Source of the DNA: Elsinoe ampelina
Lineage: Eukaryota
DNA length: 64,000 nt
Direction: 5' to 3'
Assembly: GCA_010093995.1 (NCBI GenBank)
Contig: ML992502.1
Coordinates: 1,109,001 to 1,173,000 of the forward strand
Notes under the pieces: model-generated
What the model saw: only the letters and a program-made list of their open reading frames with translations
Databases searched by the model: none
What the model was told of the DNA's origin: nothing
Made by a program: the position numbers and the translations under genes
Shown here: piece after piece, positions 61,701-64,000 of the stretch
Layout: each line of letters begins with the position of its first letter
Numbering within the stretch: the first letter of the stretch is position 1

Positions 61701-62604
61701 CTACTGGCCAGGCGGAAGACGAAGATTTTGCATAGCGGAAGGAAGTGGCGCCATCAATTGTTCGTTTGCATCCAGTGATGACAGCAATGATGTTTCTTGT
61801 ATGCAACGAAATGATCAAATCTCAATTACCCCACTGGGTGTTTTTGGCTGAAGTCTATTGCGATTCAGGTCATGTGACAAGACCACGTCGGTTGAAACAA
61901 CTGTCCTCACCGCGGGCACCTCGGTTCCCCGCTGCCTGCTTTTCATCCTCATCAAAGCCAGAATGCCGTGTTGCCGCATTTCTTATCATTATCTTCCACG
62001 AACGACAGTCTTGGTATGAGGCTAGAAAATGCTTGTAGATGCTTGATTGAGCTTGAAATGGTTGCAAAGTGGGTCGTGGATCTGAAGTGGGTGTCAATGG
62101 CGCGCTCTACGGCTAGCGGAATCAGGCAGGTTGATTGCCATCTCCTTCGGTCTTCAATCCGTTTTCTTCTAGATCGCCTAAAGACGACCACAAGCGTCCA
62201 ATGTCGCACGACCATAACCACGGACTTAGCCTTTGCAGGACGAACTTCATCATGCGCTATCGACGGCATGCAGCCCGATGGGACCACGACTACTGATCTA
62301 CCCCTCAAAATTGTTCTATCTAGCAGATAGTGGGTGCAATTCGTCTTCGTCAATGGCGTCGGCTAGTTTGATGGCTCCATGCGGCAACCTCGAAAGATAG
62401 CTAGACACATGCACAACGATTCATTCTCAGGTGGAATCGGCACACTTTTGGATGGTCGTCTACCAGCAGATCGCACGCGACTCTGGACGTAGACTGCCAC
62501 AACAGGCAGGCGATCAAGCATGGCTCGCAAGAGAGGTCCGATAAATACCTCATGCTGCCCTCGAGAGCCTCATCGACCAGGGCAGTTTTGGATTCGTCCT
62601 GATC

Positions 62605-64000
62605 ATGAGGTTCTCTACCATCTGCGCAGCTGCCTCGCTGGCGGCGACAGCATTCGCATCGCCGGTCGCACACTACACCCTTCATGAGAAGCGCAACAGT
62701 GTACCCCATGGCTGGTCGAGACAACGGGAGCTTGACCGCAATGTCATACTGCCCATGCGTATCGCTCTGACGCAAGAGAACCTCGACAAGGCTTACGACC
62801 ACCTCCTTGACATCTCTCACCCGGAGTCTGCCAATTACGGCAAGCATTGGACCTCCCAGCAGGTCGCAGAGACGTTCGCTCCTAGGTGGGACCATCGCTG
62901 ATACTTAGCCGCGAGCCGGTGCTTGTAAGCTGTGATGCTGACCACTCAAAGTTCCGAAACTATCTCCGCCGTCAAGGAGTGGCTCGCATCGTCAGGCATC
63001 GACTCGGATCGTGTCTCTCAGTCTCAAAGCTTGAGCTGGCTGCACTTCGATGCTACAGTCGATGAAGCCGAGGCTTTACTCAAGACCAAGTACCACATCT
63101 TTGAACACACTACAGGTCAACCGCACGTTGCCTGTGATGAGTACAGTCTTCCAAGTCACATCAAAAAGCACATCGATTTCGTCACACCGTCGGTCCACTT
63201 TGATGCAAAGATTAGACCTCGCCAGCCCGACAACGAGGTGGCGAAGAGAGAAATACCCGACATTGCCAAATCGATTGGCAAGCCCGGCAGCGAGCCTGGT
63301 GCTGGGTCCCTACCAAAGCTTACCCAGAAGTTCGGCAAGGACAAGATCATCAAGCAGCTCGAGAACTGCGACACCCAGATTGTCCCCAACTGTCTCCGAG
63401 CCCTGTACGAGTTCCCACCGAACTTCCGAGCAAACCCAAAGAACTCTTATGGTATTGTCGAATACACTCCTCAAGCATACCTGCCTGGTGATCTTGACCT
63501 CTTCTTCGCCAACTTCTCGCCATCGCTGGTCGGAAGTCGACCAATCTTCGACTCTATCGATGGAGGAGTTCTTCAGAACACCACCCAGTCTTTCGGCTTC
63601 AATGGAGAGTCAGATCTCGATCTAGAATATGCCATGTCGCTGGTAGCACCGCAAAAGGTCGTACTTTACCAAGTAGGAGACCTTGTACAAGGCGCTTCAT
63701 TCAACAACTTCCTTGATGCGATCGACGGGAGTTACTGCAGCTACGAAGGTGGCGATGATCCAAGCCAGGATGGTGTCTACCCTGACCCGCTGCCCGGCGG
63801 ATACAAGGGACCACAGAACTGCGGCGGTTTTGCTGCCACCAAGGTCATCAGCACTTCCTATGGTTACAACGAGGCCGACCTCACTCCCTTCTATGAGCAA
63901 AGACAGTGCAACGAGTATGCCAAGCTAGGTCTGATGGGCGTCTCAGTCCTCTACTCTTCTGGTGACTATGGTGTTGCGGGTAACGGAGGCCAGTGCATCA
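62605..64000 (+). CDS. Sedolisin (peptidase S53) / tripeptidyl-peptidase precursor, 3'-truncated by window end
   Basis: Signal peptide; prodomain ISHPESANYGKHWT; ESDLDLEY (catalytic Glu/Asp), VISTSYG, RQCNEYAKLGLMGVSVLYSSGDYG. Confidence 0.93.

Overview
Gene-dense (about 29 genes) nuclear DNA of a filamentous ascomycete, probably a Dothideomycete (inference from short GT-AG introns with CTRAC-type branch points, fungal gene content and RIP). Most genes are recognisable housekeeping genes: PTA1, complex I 17.8-kDa subunit, RSA1/NUFIP1-like, RPC25, EMC3, SPC2, STT3, YJU2, TspO, RIB5, ARS2, LEC1-like PX protein, alkaline phosphatase, NNR2 and a sedolisin. Stand-out items: (1) a spliced gene of about 1,200 aa at 22983-26744(-) joining a GIY-YIG-like nuclease motif set to four Myb/SANT repeats, with one frameshift inside the nuclease domain; (2) ErdS (AspRS-DUF2156 sterol aminoacylation enzyme) with a 1-bp homopolymer frameshift; (3) a RIP-inactivated Tc1-like transposon with apparent D-39-E spacing and GC-rich, non-TA flanking repeats; (4) an SRPK-like pseudokinase with three in-frame stops inside an EMC3-SPC2-STT3 cluster; (5) at least six abrupt C-rich to G-rich switch points that ignore gene orientation. 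There is one 50-N assembly gap. No tRNA, rRNA or CRISPR is supported. All family calls are by-eye motif recognition; no searches were run.
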